Source: Lama glama
Lineage: Eukaryota
Direction of reading: 5' to 3'
Assembly: GCA_028534125.1 (NCBI GenBank)
Contig: CM052817.1
Coordinates: 86,244,001-86,308,000, forward strand
Length of the DNA stretch: 64,000 nucleotides
The notes beneath the pieces were generated by a model. That model saw only the letters and a program-made list of their open reading frames with translations, had not been told where the DNA came from and did not search any database. This document shows positions 39,941-53,437 of this stretch, piece after piece. The translations under genes were made by a program, and so were the position numbers. Positions within the stretch are counted from its first letter, which is position 1, and every line of letters begins with the position of its first letter.

Positions 39941-40033
39941 TTTTTTTAATTGAAGTATAAGCAGTTGCAATGTGTCAATTTCTGACACACAGCACATTGT
40001 CCCAGTCATGCATATACAGAAATGTATTCATCT
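39941..40033 (-). mobile_element. Short camelid-type L1 3' end
   Basis: poly(T), aattgaagtata...caatgtgtcaatttctg; TSD tcagcaccattt / tcagcaccgctt (39931-39942 / 40034-40045). Confidence 0.85.
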
Positions 40034-40729
40034 TCAGCACCGCTTAAACAGACCACACCAAAAAGATCCTTACATTAAGGAGTAATTTCTGGAAATAAGA
40101 CTTTATTTGGGCAACATGTTAACCTTTGGAAAAATGTTAAAAAGGAAATAAGAAGATGCTCAAGATAAAATTTACTTGGACATATGAAAATTTTACCTGG
40201 GACAAGACATATTTCCATCCACTGCAGAAATTAATGTGTTTAGTTCATTAAGTTATATGCTTAACAGTAATAAGTAAGTAGCAGAAATTGACTACACCTT
40301 TCCAGTGATAAACAAAACTTTGATAAGAAATAAATTTCCTTTTTATATTTATTATATAATTTTGTATACTAGACTAAACTGTATAGCAATTTCTATGCAC
40401 TCAGGCTGTGTTTAACAAATCTTATACATTTTGCAATTGTCAAACATTTTAATCTCTTGACTAGAATAATAAATATCTGTGCAAATGATTTTAGACCTCA
40501 GTGTTTCATAAAGATCAATCTTTAAATATTTATACCTAAAATCTAATCTTCCTTGTCTGTCACAGCTCAAATTTGAACATACCTCATTATTACTCCTACA
40601 TTTTAATACTTACCTTGGCTAAAGATGTTTCATGATATTGTAATCAAGAATGCTTCAGTAGTACTTTATCTACTTGTATTACTTTAATGTATTCATCCAA
40701 AAATACCTTTAAACTACTGCTAAACTTAA

Positions 40730-40850
40730 TTCAACTCAATGATATTTCATGGGTGACTATAATGTACAAAGCACCCTGATAGGTCTGTGAGGGATAATAA
40801 AAACAAGTGTAACTGACTCACTACTCAAAAAATCTGCAAATAGAGGAAAA
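40730..40850 (-). mobile_element. L2 3' end fragment
   Basis: ttcaactcaatgatatttcatgggtgactataatgtacaaagcaccctgatagg. Confidence 0.5.
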
Positions 40851-42569
40851 GAAGCTCTGTTATAAAGGAAAAAATATATTAAAAGGCTACATGGAATATA
40901 ATACATTTTTACTGCTTTCAACTCTATTTGCTAAACTATGAGAGGTTATTTTTAGGTTAAGTAATTATTTTCACATGTCACTTCAGCTGAGAGAATTAGG
41001 TTTCTTTTTGTGAGCCATGAGCACTGTACAGTTGCACGTGCCTGGTGTGTCTGGTCTGCAGAGGCTGATCATCACATAATAGCTTTTATGCTTTTTGGTC
41101 TGAGGTTAGTGGGTGCTTGGAGGCAAAACTGAATGAATTTCAGGTAGCCAATCCAAAATTACAAGAAATACAGACACACAATGCCTGGGGTTATCCTCAA
41201 ATGAAGTTAGATTTGAATTGCATCTGATATCCTTTAATACAACGTGCAGACGCTCAAAGCAAATACAGTAGCTTGCCTCTGTGACTTAAGTTCATGGCGT
41301 TGGGTTTAAATATAGCTTTTGTAATGTTGATTCCACTGAGGAAACTGGAGAAAATTGGCATAGAACAACAGTGTTTTGTAATAATCTGTTCGAGATTGGT
41401 TTGTGAGGCAAAGCAGGAATCACAACATAGTACTAACTGAATAATAAAATTTTATCAATTGAGATTCCACCTATAAAATACTTAAGTTGTTCAAGTCAAA
41501 ACATCAAGTTAGCATTAAATTAAAAGCATAAACATATTAGAAGAGAAGTAATAAATATATCTTCAGATAATAAACTGTTTTCAATGATACAAGTATTAAG
41601 GATACTGTATCTCATGTGTGACTATTATAAATAAAAACATATTATAGTTATGTCGCATTTTAAATCATTGATACATATTTACAAATAATTTCTTCTTATT
41701 TTAGTAGACAATTTATGTGATTCGTAATCTAATTTAGTTAAAAAAATTATTGGTTTTAAATAGGATTATACTTAAATCTTGCTTTGTAACTCACAGGTTA
41801 CATAAACTTGATTAAATTAATTTGAAATTCAGATTTCATTCTTGTAAAGTAGTAATAATATTGACTCCCGTTAAAAATCTAATTATAGATTACAAACAGT
41901 CTGAATGACGTCCCTGGCAATTTTCATCTATAAACAAATGACTGTTATTAGATATCATTCCTAGGCTGGTACTGATTTCAAAAAACACCAAATAAGTAAA
42001 TAAATAAATACACCAGGATTTGTTTAAACAAAGTGAAAATGTAATCTTCTCATTTATGGTGATTGGTTTCTTTGTCAATTAGTCTGAATTGGCAAGGATT
42101 ACCGATTTAACACAGCATAAAATGCACATTTGGATTATAAATAAATCTTCTTGATAACTTCAAATTAGGTAACATTAGCTTCTGCCATACTTCTTCAATG
42201 CCAGAAAAACCTATCTGAACCAGCACAAAACAGAGTATGAGTTAACTGTGATCCTGGCACAGACTCTGTGAACAACCTCAGAGGATATGATACCACGTGT
42301 TGGTCAAATTACTGAGAACTGCAGTTTCATTCTCATAAAGATATTTTTTCTCATCGAATAATACTAGGGGAACACTAAGCACTGCTCAGTTATGCACTTT
42401 TATTTCTCTGATTATTCCTCTCAGAATTTCTCTCGTCCATAGTCTGAGGAGGTGGAATCCACTCCTATCATCTGTTTTCAGCTTGAAGCTCCAATATGTC
42501 CATATACCGCCTAACTGTTTGCTTATAGGCATTTCTTATGATTTACTGGCAAAATAAAGCATTTAGAAG

Positions 42570-42800
42570 AAAACTTCCTAAAATTTCTACCCAGATACCT
42601 ACCACCCTATTTGCATCTGTACTCCCCACCCTCACATACACATTGCCTTTCTTTTCGTGATAGATTAGGTCTCCTTGCTCTAATTACTCTCCCATCTGTA
42701 TATTGGATAATATTGTCTCTTACTCAAGGACTTTTTTTATAAATTGTTCTTTGTTCTGAATTATAAATTTTACTCTCCCTTGACCTCATGTTTCCCAGTA
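42570..42800 (+). mobile_element. L2 fragment
   Basis: cctaccaccctatttgcatctgtac...ccatctgtatattggat...tactcaaggacttt. Confidence 0.55.
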
Positions 42801-44109
42801 ACACACTTAAGGTTTGTTTACAATTTTAAAAGATTAAACATGAAATAGAGAAACTATCACACAAATATATCAAGAGACTGAGGAATAAATGGAAAATGGA
42901 AAAAGTGGAAGTTTCACACATTCCCTTCAGAAACTGCTAGAGATTTTAATGTGTATAAGAATGAGATACACTAATCACATCAATAACTAGTTGTAAGTAC
43001 ACCTTTTCTTTCACCATTGGCTGTCCTGAATCACCTATCGGTTGACTAGTAACAACCAAAAGTAACATTAAAAGACCCAGTTTGTCTTGGTTAAAATATC
43101 GTGTTTACTTATATCGAATTGTTCTATTAGAGAATAATTTCAAAAACATATGTAATCAATATGATGTTCTCAATAATCTATACTAATGACAGGCTATATT
43201 ATTTAGGTTTACATTTAGTTTTTCAGTAAACATTATTTGCAAAGATATTCTTAAAGTGTATTATGCCTCAAAGTGCCTTTGTTTTCATTGTAAGAATTTC
43301 AGTAGTAATATTTGCAATTTTTTAAAGGTAAACTCTTTCTAGATTTCTTTTAATCTATAAGTCAGTTTCTTCATAGGTGTTCAAACAGACCTTTTTAAAT
43401 TCATATTTTTAAATAATGTGTGGCTGTTTACTTTCTAGTTGAATTTTAAAATCATTTACCATAACAGCAGCATAATCTCTTTGTATAGATACTACCTCTG
43501 AATCTAAACCTCTCAGCAATTGGCAACTGGAAGCTCGGGGACGTTTTCTTCCTAATAGTCTAAAAACATGCAATCATGTGAAATCACATACTGATTTTCA
43601 CTTCTTTTCTGACTATGATTACATAAAAATAATTTGCCTTCAAAAGTAGATCTTTGCCTTCTTCCTAAGATTTATTTTTTTCCTCCTTGGTTTAGGAATA
43701 GATTCTAATGTCAAGAAAAATACATGGTCTCTAAAGTAAGGTGTGGTTCTTTGTCAGCCTAAATATTTTTCCCCCAAATTTTCATTTGTTATATGTGATA
43801 ACTGTTATACTCAATAATAATTTACCTGGAGTATTCCAAAATCATGTGACCATTTTCACTTCTAAAACAATAGAGCTTTTTCTGTAATGAATTAGATTTA
43901 CTCCAAAAAAATCACTTGATTTTCCTTGTATCATTGTCAAGTAGCAATCTCTGCATAAGATAATTCTACTGCTGTATATTTTATTATGCTTACTCATTCT
44001 TCTAAAAATAAATAATTGCCATAAGATAGTAAAATACATACTAATGTAGAAAATAACAAGTGTGTGTATAGTATATGTGATAGAATTGTTAAATAAATCC
44101 AAATACACT

Positions 44110-44172
44110 CATGTATATGTATGAGTATATGTATATATATACACACACACACATATATATACATATACATAT
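44110..44172. repeat. Compound (TA)/(CA)/(TATG) microsatellite
   Basis: tatatgtatatatatacacacacacacatatatatacatatacatat. Confidence 0.85.
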
Positions 44173-45600
44173 TCAGTATAACTTCCATAAAGCAGAGGGC
44201 ACTGGCATACACATCTACAAATAGTAGTGACAGTCTGTCCCATATTATAGCTGAACTGATCACAAATGAAGAATCTATGAGAATGAAATTTGTAGAATGA
44301 GGAAAATATGACCAAATATAGAAAGCACTATTCAACAAATTCTTGCCAATAACTCGAACTACCATTTTACTTTCTATTTAATTTTTCTCTTTTCCCACAT
44401 TTTTTGTTATTTTATTTTTTATCTTAAAAACTCTAAGTTAAGTATAATTTGAAGTTATCAGCAAATATTGATTTCAGGTGAATGGAAATAAAATTACACT
44501 TGTTTTAACTGCTTGGGTTTTACTAGGTTTGAGGAAACCTTTAATTGAAAATAACATCTGAGAATGATGCACAAAAGCCTTTTTAATTTTTCTTTTCATT
44601 CCTTTTCTGAAATCTTTGATACAAAAGATTCTGTTGTTACTAATATCTGTTATTCTTCCACTAGTTACCTGCTATGTTAAAGTGAAGATAACTGGCAACT
44701 GAAGGATTGAAAAGTCAAAGATCACCTCTGTTAGGTACTTTAATAAATGAATGTTCATTTCTAATATTTGACTCAGTAAATATATGTAGCTTTTTTTTAA
44801 AAGGAAAATAGTTTAATGTGTTGTTTGTTTTTATTTACATATACTCTCAGGTGCCTACATTTATTTTTTTACAAAAAAGATAATTACTATTCTAAATAAC
44901 TTTGGATTTTTCCACAACTTTGAAAGAATACTTTGGTCAAACAAAGCAATCGTAGATAGGCAAACTGGTATAACTGGCGCCTTGGGTACTTGATGCAATT
45001 AATCCCCCCCCAAAAGCATTAACTCATGTCCTTAGTCTTATTTTCACACTTTATTTTATTTCTCTCTGCCTTTTCTTCACTTCTGCTAAAATATTCACTT
45101 TTATAATATTATGTTTTATCTCCTACATGTCTACATCCAAGATAGGAAGTACTGTTCAGTGGCTTCCCAGTCCCTGCTCAGCAGCCGCTTTGCATTACCT
45201 GGTCCCTGGCAGGGCCCATGTTTTGGGCTAGCCCTGTCTCATGTGCTCTCATGTTTCTTCTCCCACTTTGACTCCCTCAGTGTGTCAGAGTTGGTTGTTT
45301 TGTTCCCAAATACATCTATGTCAAGAGTAATTGTTTTTGTAGCCAGATAATTTAAGTAACTGTTATGTAAAAGTGGTGAGTATAAAAGTAAAAAAAAAAA
45401 AAAAAAAGATTTCTCAGTAAGCAAAACATAATTGTTCTGAAATAAGTCATAAGCACAAGCTACTAAAATATGATAACAAATTGGATTTATGAGTCAGACA
45501 CCTGTAAGAGATTTTTGGGAGGAGAGAAATGGATTTTCACTAATTGATCTATTTTTAAAAAGCAACACTGAAAACCATGTTTTGAAAAGAAACAATGCTA

Positions 45601-47695
45601 ACAAATCTATTTGGCAGTACATTGAAAGGATCATACAAAATGGACAAGTAGGATTTATTTTAGAGATGGAAGGATGGTCCAGCATCCCCAAATCAAGCAG
45701 TGTGATACACCATATGAACACAAGGAAGGATAAAATTCATATGGTCATCTCAGTAGATGCAGAAAAAGCATTTGACAAAATTCAACATCCATTTTTTGAT
45801 AAAAGCTCTCAATAAAATGATATAGAGGAAACATACCTCAAAATAATGAAGGCCATATATGACAAGCATACAGTTAACATCATACACAATGGTGAAAAAA
45901 AATGAAAGCTTTTCTTCTAAGATCAGGAACAAGAATGCACACTCCACCATTTTTAATCAGCAGAGTACTGGAACTCCTATCCAGAGCAATTAGACAAGAA
46001 AATTAATAAAAGGCATCTAAATTGGAAAGAAAGAAGTAAAATTGTCTCTATTTGCAGATGACATGGTATTATGTATAGAAAACCTGTTAAAACTAATTTT
46101 AAAATTCAGTATATTTGCAGGATATACAGTACAGAAGTCAATTGCATTTCAAAACACTAACAACAAGTGATTGGGGAGAAATTAAGAAAACAATCTCATT
46201 TACAATAGCATAAAGAATAATAAAATACCTAGGAATGAATTTATCTAAGGAGGTGAAAAATGTGTATGTTAAGAACTGTATGGCATTGATGAAAGAAATT
46301 GAATACGATACAAATAAATAAAAAGATATTCCATACTGACAGATTGGAAGAATTAATATTGTTAAAATATTAATACTAACCAAGGCAATCTATGGATTTA
46401 ATGCAATGTCTATCAAGATTCCAATGGTATTTTTGAAAGAAATAGGAGAAACGTTTCTAAATTTGTATGGTATCACAAAAGACCCCCCTGAGAGTCAAGT
46501 TAATCTTGAGAAAGAAGAAAGTGTATGACTGAAATATTGTGCTCTACACCAGAAATTGACACAATGTTGTAAACTGACTATACTTCAATAAGAATATATA
46601 TTAAGAAAAAAAGCTGGAGGTATCCAACTTCTGGTTTCAAGCTATATTACAAATCAAAACAGTATAGTATTGGCATATAGATACACAGATTAATGGAACA
46701 GAATAGATAGCCTGGAAATAAACTCAATTAATTTATGATAAAGATCTCAAGAATATACAATAGAGGAAGGATAGTCTCTTAAATAAATGATGTTGAGAAA
46801 ACTGTGAACAGTGACATGCAAAAGAATGAAACTGAACCCTTATCCTACACCACTCACAAAAATGAACTCAAAATGAATTAAAGACTTGAATGCAAAATCT
46901 GAAACCACAAAACTACTAGAATAAATCATTAAGTAAGCATCTTGACATTGGCCTTTGCAATGATTTTTTTTAGATATGACACCCAAAGGAAAGGCAACAA
47001 AAGCAAAACTATACAAGTGAATATACGTCAAAACCAAAAGCTTCTGCACAGCAGAAGAAATCATTAACAAAATAAAAAGGCAATCTATGGGATGAGAGAA
47101 AATATTTGCACATCATATATCTGATAAATGGTTATTTAAATTATGTGAAGAACTTTTACAATTCAATAAAAAACAAACAAAACAATCTGATTTAAAAATA
47201 GGCAGTAGAACTGAATAAACATTTTTCAAAGAAGACATACAAATGGCCAACAAGTACATGAGAATGTGCTCAACATCTCTAATTATCAGGGAAAATGCAA
47301 ATAAAGACTGTAATGATACCACTTCACACCTGTTATAATGGCTATGCAAAATAAGGAAATCCTGACCTTTACTACAACATGAAGGGCATTATGGTAGTGA
47401 AATAAGCTAGACAGAGAAAGACAAATATTGTGTGGCATCACTCATAGGTAGAATCAGAAAAAATCACTCTTAGAAACCGTGTAGACAGAATAGTGGTTGC
47501 CAGGGAGTGGAGGATGGGGTTAAGAAGAAGAGGTAGGTAAAAGGAAATGAACTTCAGCTAAAAGATTGATAAGGTCTGAGGATCTAATGTAAAACATGGT
47601 GACTATAGTTGATAACATTTTATTGTATAATTGAAATTTGCCAATAGCATAGAACTTAAATGTTTTCATCAACAAAATAAATAAATAAAAATTAA
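45601..47695 (+). mobile_element. 5'-truncated L1 (L1MA9-like): degenerate ORF2 RT to 3' UTR, with an internal deletion
   Basis: ORF 45489..45815 QVGFILEMEGW...HMVISVDAEKAFDKIQHPF; tttgcagatgacatg (FADDM) at ~46050; 3'UTR gaggatctaatgtaaaacatggtgactatagttgataac; TSD aaaagaaacaatgcta / aaaagaaagaatgata (45585-45600 / 47696-47711). Confidence 0.92.
46522..46602 (+). mobile_element. Short camelid-type L1 3' end nested in the older L1
   Basis: tgtatgactgaaatattgtgctctacaccagaaattgacacaatgttgtaaactgactatacttcaata, near-identical to 53352-53420; splits host gagaaagaagaa|aaagctggagg. Confidence 0.85.
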
Positions 47696-48270
47696 AAAAG
47701 AAAGAATGATAAATAAATCCATACACAAAGACCTAAGACCTCCTATCATACAATTGGCAAGGATATATTCATTTATATATGTCAAATTAAAAGAAATTCT
47801 TTAGAATTTGTATGTAATTTGTTTTTGAAAGACTATTTTTGGTAGAACGCTTGAAGAAAAGGAGCTTCTTTTTTCATGTGGCTCTTTTATTCATGCTAAA
47901 GCAATCTCTTTGCGCCTGCCACACTGATATTTTGAAAATACTTGTTTCTGGTCATTTTCAGGTTTCAAAACATAGTCTTAGTTCCAGGTTTTTAGTTTAT
48001 AGTCCATTTCAATATCAAAAATATTCTCTTATCCAATTCAAAGCTATGCTGCATTTCAAACTCAGTTCTGCCTCAGCCTGAGCAAACAGCAGTGGAGCAT
48101 CAGGGTAGGAGTTCTACTATTTTCCAGTTTGCTCTTAAATCTTCACCAATCTCTGTATTCTCTTTGGCTCTTACAGGGTAAAAATAAGGGAAGAAGGAAT
48201 AAGACTTGTTTAACTTGTTTTCACTGGGTTACAGTGTCCTTTATATGGTGGGCTGTCTATGTTTTAGCTC

Positions 48271-48273
<3 letters not shown>

Positions 48274-48303
<30 letters not shown>
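48274..48303. repeat. (TG)15 microsatellite
   Basis: perfect dinucleotide run. Confidence 0.97.
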
Positions 48304-48304
<1 letters not shown>

Positions 48305-48884
48305 CACAGATACTTGTCAATTGTTAAGGAACTTCGCCTCTGGGAAATCTCAACTGTAGTTCAGTGTTTCAAGCAGTGTGTCTTGAGTTGCCTACTTACA
48401 GTTTAGTCTCATCTCCTGATGTTCAGGCAGACAGAACATGTAAGATTTATTTTGTTGAGATCACCTGGTTATTTCAAACACTTCTTTTAGATGTGATTCT
48501 TTCAAGACATATGAAGTCCAGCAACAATCTCAGATGTCTTCATCCAACCAAGCCAAATCTTGGATATACAAGCATTCTAAGTCAGACCCAGTCTGCTCAC
48601 CTAAGTCATTCCAGCCAAACTCTCACTTGTAAAGTTTTAAAGGCATGAGTCAGATATCAGTTCTTCAATTCCCCCAGAGGTATGTCACATTCCTTGAGTG
48701 ATTCATTACAGCCCTTTTTATTTGGCAGTCAGTGAGTCAAAGGCATCCCCATCATTAATTCTCTTTAGTAATACTCTCCAAAAATCCCTTTGAAAATATA
48801 AATTCTGAAAATAGGTGATGAACCAAGAGATCACAATAGAATTTTCACAATCTCTTAGTATATATTACTTTGATAATACAGCAC

Positions 48885-49192
48885 TTACTACTTTGGGCTT
48901 TGAGGACCCTGTTTGTTCTTCCTTTTCTAATTATTTTAGGTGTAGGTTAAGTTATTTGAGATTTGAGACTTCCTTTGCTGTGCAAAACCCTTTAAGTTTG
49001 GTTAGGTCCCTTTTGTTTATTTTTGCTTTTATTTCCTTTCCCTTAGGAGATAGATTCAAAAACATACTGCCACGATTTCTGTCAAAGAGAGTTCTGCCTA
49101 TGTTTTCTTCTAGGAGTTTGATAGCTTCCAGTGGTACGGTTAGATGTTTAGGTCTTTAATCCATTTTGAGTTTATTTTGTGTATGGTATGAG
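48885..49192 (-). mobile_element. L1 ORF2 fragments (two non-contiguous pieces joined at ~48968)
   Basis: tttgttcttccttttctaattattttaggtgtaggttaag followed by ttcctttgctgtgcaaaaccctttaagtttggttaggtccc. Confidence 0.75.
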
Positions 49193-49197
49193 ACTGA

Positions 49198-49796
49198 TGT
49201 TGTAAGGATTTTTACCTTCTTCTGGTTTTTGCCAGAGGAACCAGAATCTCTCAGCTGTAGCCGCCTGGGAACAAGCAGTGTCTAGCCAGTGGAGAGCCAC
49301 ATGTTTGTGCCAAACTGTAGGGGCAGAAAAATTGTTCCTTCTTTCCTTCTAAGTTCTTTAGCTTGTCTAATAATTAATTTGACATAGGCATATTAACAAA
49401 ATAAAATTTAATTTTATACATATTGGATTCCCATTAAAATATGAGACTCAAATAAGTGACAAAAGCAGGGAAGTTGTATACCTTTTGGACAAAGAAACAG
49501 ACTTGTAAAGAATTGACAAGACAAAGAGATTTGGGGTTAGTGAAGTGATGAAAAAGTAACAAGATTTGTTTATATGACCTTCTCAGCTCTGAATTCCCTA
49601 TCTCTGATACTAAGGATGCCTTCTTCCCTCTTAGTACAGGAAAAGTACTTTTCCCGTGGAATACTTATCCCCTGCTTTCATGGAGACTAAGGAGGGGCAG
49701 AGTGTCCTTTCATCATCTGTTTCTCAAATACCTTTAATTCAAAATAATCAGTATTTCAAAATGATATATTTTAGGGTTACATATGCTGAACCCACA
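49198..49796 (-). mobile_element. Truncated ERV1 provirus: MER34-like 5' LTR (49316-49796) plus PBS and leader stub
   Basis: minus strand tgtgggttcagcatatgtaaccctaaaatat...tttttctgcccctaca, then gtt-TGGCACAAACATGTGGC (tRNA-Lys-like PBS, 49312-49296) and donor-like aaggtaaa; no TSD flanks the LTR. Confidence 0.82.
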
Positions 49797-49964
49797 TATC
49801 TGAAATTCAGATACAGCCTTTGAACTAAACAATATATATATGATAGTCAAATTTATTATCTACATGTGAGTCAGTTCTTCACCTATTTATAGATTTAACT
49901 TTGTGTCCTGTATGTGAGCTCTTTCAAGAGTTTTGGGTAAATGTTCAATGAATATAAATTTACA

Positions 49965-50100
49965 TGAATGAATAAATTCTAGATATATATTATACAGTGT
50001 AGTGCCTATAGTTAACAGTGTGCACTGAAAAGTTTGTTGAAAGGGTGGATTTTATGTTAAGTATTCTTACCATTCACACACAAAAAGCAAAAGGAGACTT
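49965..50100 (+). mobile_element. L1MA/MB 3' UTR fragment running into the gap
   Basis: gaataaattctagatatatattatacagtgtagtgcctatagttaaca...aagggtggattttatgttaagtattcttacca. Confidence 0.75.
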
Positions 50101-50600
50101 NNNNNNNNNNNNNNNNNNNNNNNNNNNNNNNNNNNNNNNNNNNNNNNNNNNNNNNNNNNNNNNNNNNNNNNNNNNNNNNNNNNNNNNNNNNNNNNNNNNN
50201 NNNNNNNNNNNNNNNNNNNNNNNNNNNNNNNNNNNNNNNNNNNNNNNNNNNNNNNNNNNNNNNNNNNNNNNNNNNNNNNNNNNNNNNNNNNNNNNNNNNN
50301 NNNNNNNNNNNNNNNNNNNNNNNNNNNNNNNNNNNNNNNNNNNNNNNNNNNNNNNNNNNNNNNNNNNNNNNNNNNNNNNNNNNNNNNNNNNNNNNNNNNN
50401 NNNNNNNNNNNNNNNNNNNNNNNNNNNNNNNNNNNNNNNNNNNNNNNNNNNNNNNNNNNNNNNNNNNNNNNNNNNNNNNNNNNNNNNNNNNNNNNNNNNN
50501 NNNNNNNNNNNNNNNNNNNNNNNNNNNNNNNNNNNNNNNNNNNNNNNNNNNNNNNNNNNNNNNNNNNNNNNNNNNNNNNNNNNNNNNNNNNNNNNNNNNN
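50101..50600. other. Assembly gap (500 N)
   Basis: run of N, followed by an A-run. Confidence 1.
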
Positions 50601-50932
50601 AAAAAAAAAGAGTGTTCTCAAATTTGGAGGACTAGAAAGTAAGAGGAAATGAAGGAAGAAATAGAAAATAACTGGGAATTTTACCTTTTTTTCAGAAATT
50701 TTGGAAATATTGAATGTTAACACGTAACTTTTACATTATACATTTCATTTACCCCTGGATATATAGTAAATATAAAATCAATAAGGTAAATTTGGATAGT
50801 ATACGACTTTAAATGTAAAATATATGTTACTTGAACAATGAAGAAAATGGGCAGCATTTTCCTTACAGTGAAGTATTCTTCTCGCAAATAATTTTTTTCA
50901 TTAAAGAAAGAATAGAAATTCTGAAAGCTTAC

Positions 50933-51316
50933 TGTCTTAGCTTAAGCTGCTGTAAGACACATAGACTGGATGGCTTAAACAACAGAAATTTATTTCTCAC
51001 AGTTCTGTGTGCTAGGGGGTCCAAGGTCAAGGTGCCTGCAGGTTTGCCTCCTGGTGAGACTTCACTTCCTGTTTTGCCGAAAGCCTTTTTCTTTTTCTTT
51101 CTTTCTTTCTTTCGGTTTTGTTTTTTTTGTTTGTTTGTTTGTTTTTTGGTATTCTCACTTGTGGAGAGAGATCTCCCCTCTTGTCTCTTTTAATAAGGCA
51201 CTAATCTTATTCTAAAGGTTCGACCATCATGGATTGATTACCTCCTACATGCTTCACCTCATCTGGAAATTGGAACTTCAATATATGAATTTTGGGGAGA
51301 CACAAAATCCAGTCCA
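50933..51316 (-). mobile_element. MaLR solo LTR, MLT1A0-like, with internal T-rich simple repeat
   Basis: tgtcttagc...ggcttaaacaacagaaatttatttctcacagttctg...tatgaatttttggggagacac; TSD cttac/cttat. Confidence 0.88.
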
Positions 51317-52747
51317 CTTATGTATGTAGCAAGATGTCGTCTAAATCCCAGAAGTAGCATTTTCTAATATCATATTTTTAAAAAGTTCTTAGAGTAAAAT
51401 GCCATTTACATCTCATCTTGTGATTGATCTTGCTTCATTAATAGAATGGTCTTATGCTTCATAGTTTGGTCTTAAGAAGAACAGTTTTACAAATATTCCT
51501 AGTTTTACTACTCACATGGAAATTCAGCCTGTGTCTCTTGTTTCTGATTGTGTGACTATTTAAAGCCATTAAGAATGCTTTAGTATTTTAGTATACAAAA
51601 TGAATTGATAGGTTATGCAGATGGTAAATACTCCTTTAAAACAGAATATATTTCCTAGAAGAAGTAGGGCTCAGATGTCATATTTATTGTGAAAAATTAA
51701 GAAATGGCTAAGGTTACTGTTGTCAACATTTAAATGAGTTTTGAAGCAGCAATATATTATGTAAGAAACTAGAGAAGGAACTCTAGTCAGAAAAAAATAG
51801 GCAAAATTTGACATGGAGTGATTTCTAGGAATTTTTTCATATTGTTCTAATTTAAAATTTTCTGAAGATTATGGTAAAAAATATGAAATCCATAAAATTA
51901 TGTTTTCACCTTTGCAATACATATATACCAAAACACCATTAAGATAGAAGGTCTACTTTGATCTGTTTAAACATGATTTTTAATAAAATAAAGTTTTTCA
52001 GCTTGTATATTTTGAAAATAAATCAAAGTAAACCATTAGTCAAATTTAGTTGATATGAAATTAAAAATAATAATATGTGGTATTCAGATACTTCATACAA
52101 GTAGCAGTAATTTGATCTCTTAGGAAGTTAAATTTATTTAACCAAAAGACCATAGTTAACATACTGTATGATGAAATTAAGAATGAAATTTTAACCTAGT
52201 AATCAAGCAAAAGATTGCAATTTTGTATTATTTGTTATTTTCCTGAAAGTTTCAAATTATACTATTAACTACTCTTTCATTCAAGTCTACAATACTACTT
52301 CAGTTATAAAATAAAAACAAATATCTGATGATTATAAATACTTTGAAACAGTTTTTGTGTCTATAAAAATAAAACAGTTTGAACAACTGCATTTTTGTAA
52401 ACTGTTGGAATAGCTATCAATGTAATTTCTCTAGATGTGCATGGTACAGTATTTCACATACTGTCATTGTGTGAAGATCAAAAAAAGGCTATTCTTTAGG
52501 GGAACATTGAATATTTGGGTGTCCAAAGAAGCAAGTGAATTTCTATTGAAACTTGGAATAAGAAATAAATGCTAAAAAGCACTTACAATATAGATATTTT
52601 TAACAAAAAATTAATCTGTGTTGCTATACAAAAGGGAGATACTTCAACCACGATTTTGGAATCATGCCAGGAGAATGGATGGACCTACAGGTAGTGCACT
52701 ACAGGTACATTCTGACAAGCTAAGGGGAAACCTAAAGATTGAATTGA

Positions 52748-53437
52748 TGGAAAACAGTATGAAGACTCCTCAAAAGACTAAAAATAGACTTACCATATGA
52801 CCCATCAATCCCACTCCTGGGCATATATCTAGAGGGAACCTTAATTCAAAAAGACACCTGCACCCCAGTGTTCATAGGAGCACTATTTACAATAGCCAGA
52901 GACATGGAAACAACCTAAATGGCCATCAACAGGTGACTGGATAAAGAAGTTGTGGTATATTTATATAATGGAATACTACTTAGCTACAAAAAATGATAAA
53001 ATAATGTCATTTGCAGCAACATAGATGGCCCTGGAGAATGTCATTCTAAGAGAAGTAAGCCAGAAAGAGAAAGAAAAATGCCATATGATATCACTCATAT
53101 GTGAAATTAAAAAAAAAAGACAAATGAACTTATTTGTAAAACAGAAACAACTCACATAGATTACAGACTTGTGGTTGCCGGGGGGAAGGAGATGGGAAGA
53201 GATAAACTAGGAGTTTGAGATTTGTAGATACTGACTGGTATATATAAAATAGATAAACAAGTTTATACTGTATAACACAGGGGAACATATTCATTATCTT
53301 GTAGTAGCTTATGGTGAAAAAGAATATGAAAATGAATATATGTATATTCATGTATGACTGAAGCATTGTGCTGTACAACAGAAATTGACACAACATTGTA
53401 AACTAACTATAACTCAACAAAAAAATGAAATTAAAAA
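52748..53437 (+). mobile_element. Camelid-type L1 3' end (ORF2 C-terminus and 3' UTR)
   Basis: tggaaaacagtatgaagactcctc...ccatatgacccatcaatcccactcctgggc; poly(A); TSD aaagattgaattga / aaagattaaattga (52734-52747 / 53438-53451). Confidence 0.95.

Noticed and set aside
45489..45815. Reverse-transcriptase-like ORF as a novel RT or retron-type gene
   Set aside because: It is a frameshifted piece of ordinary L1 ORF2 within a TSD-bounded truncated L1
50018..50723. 205- and 218-aa ORFs
   Set aside because: Artefacts of the second N gap, flanked by L1 3'UTR
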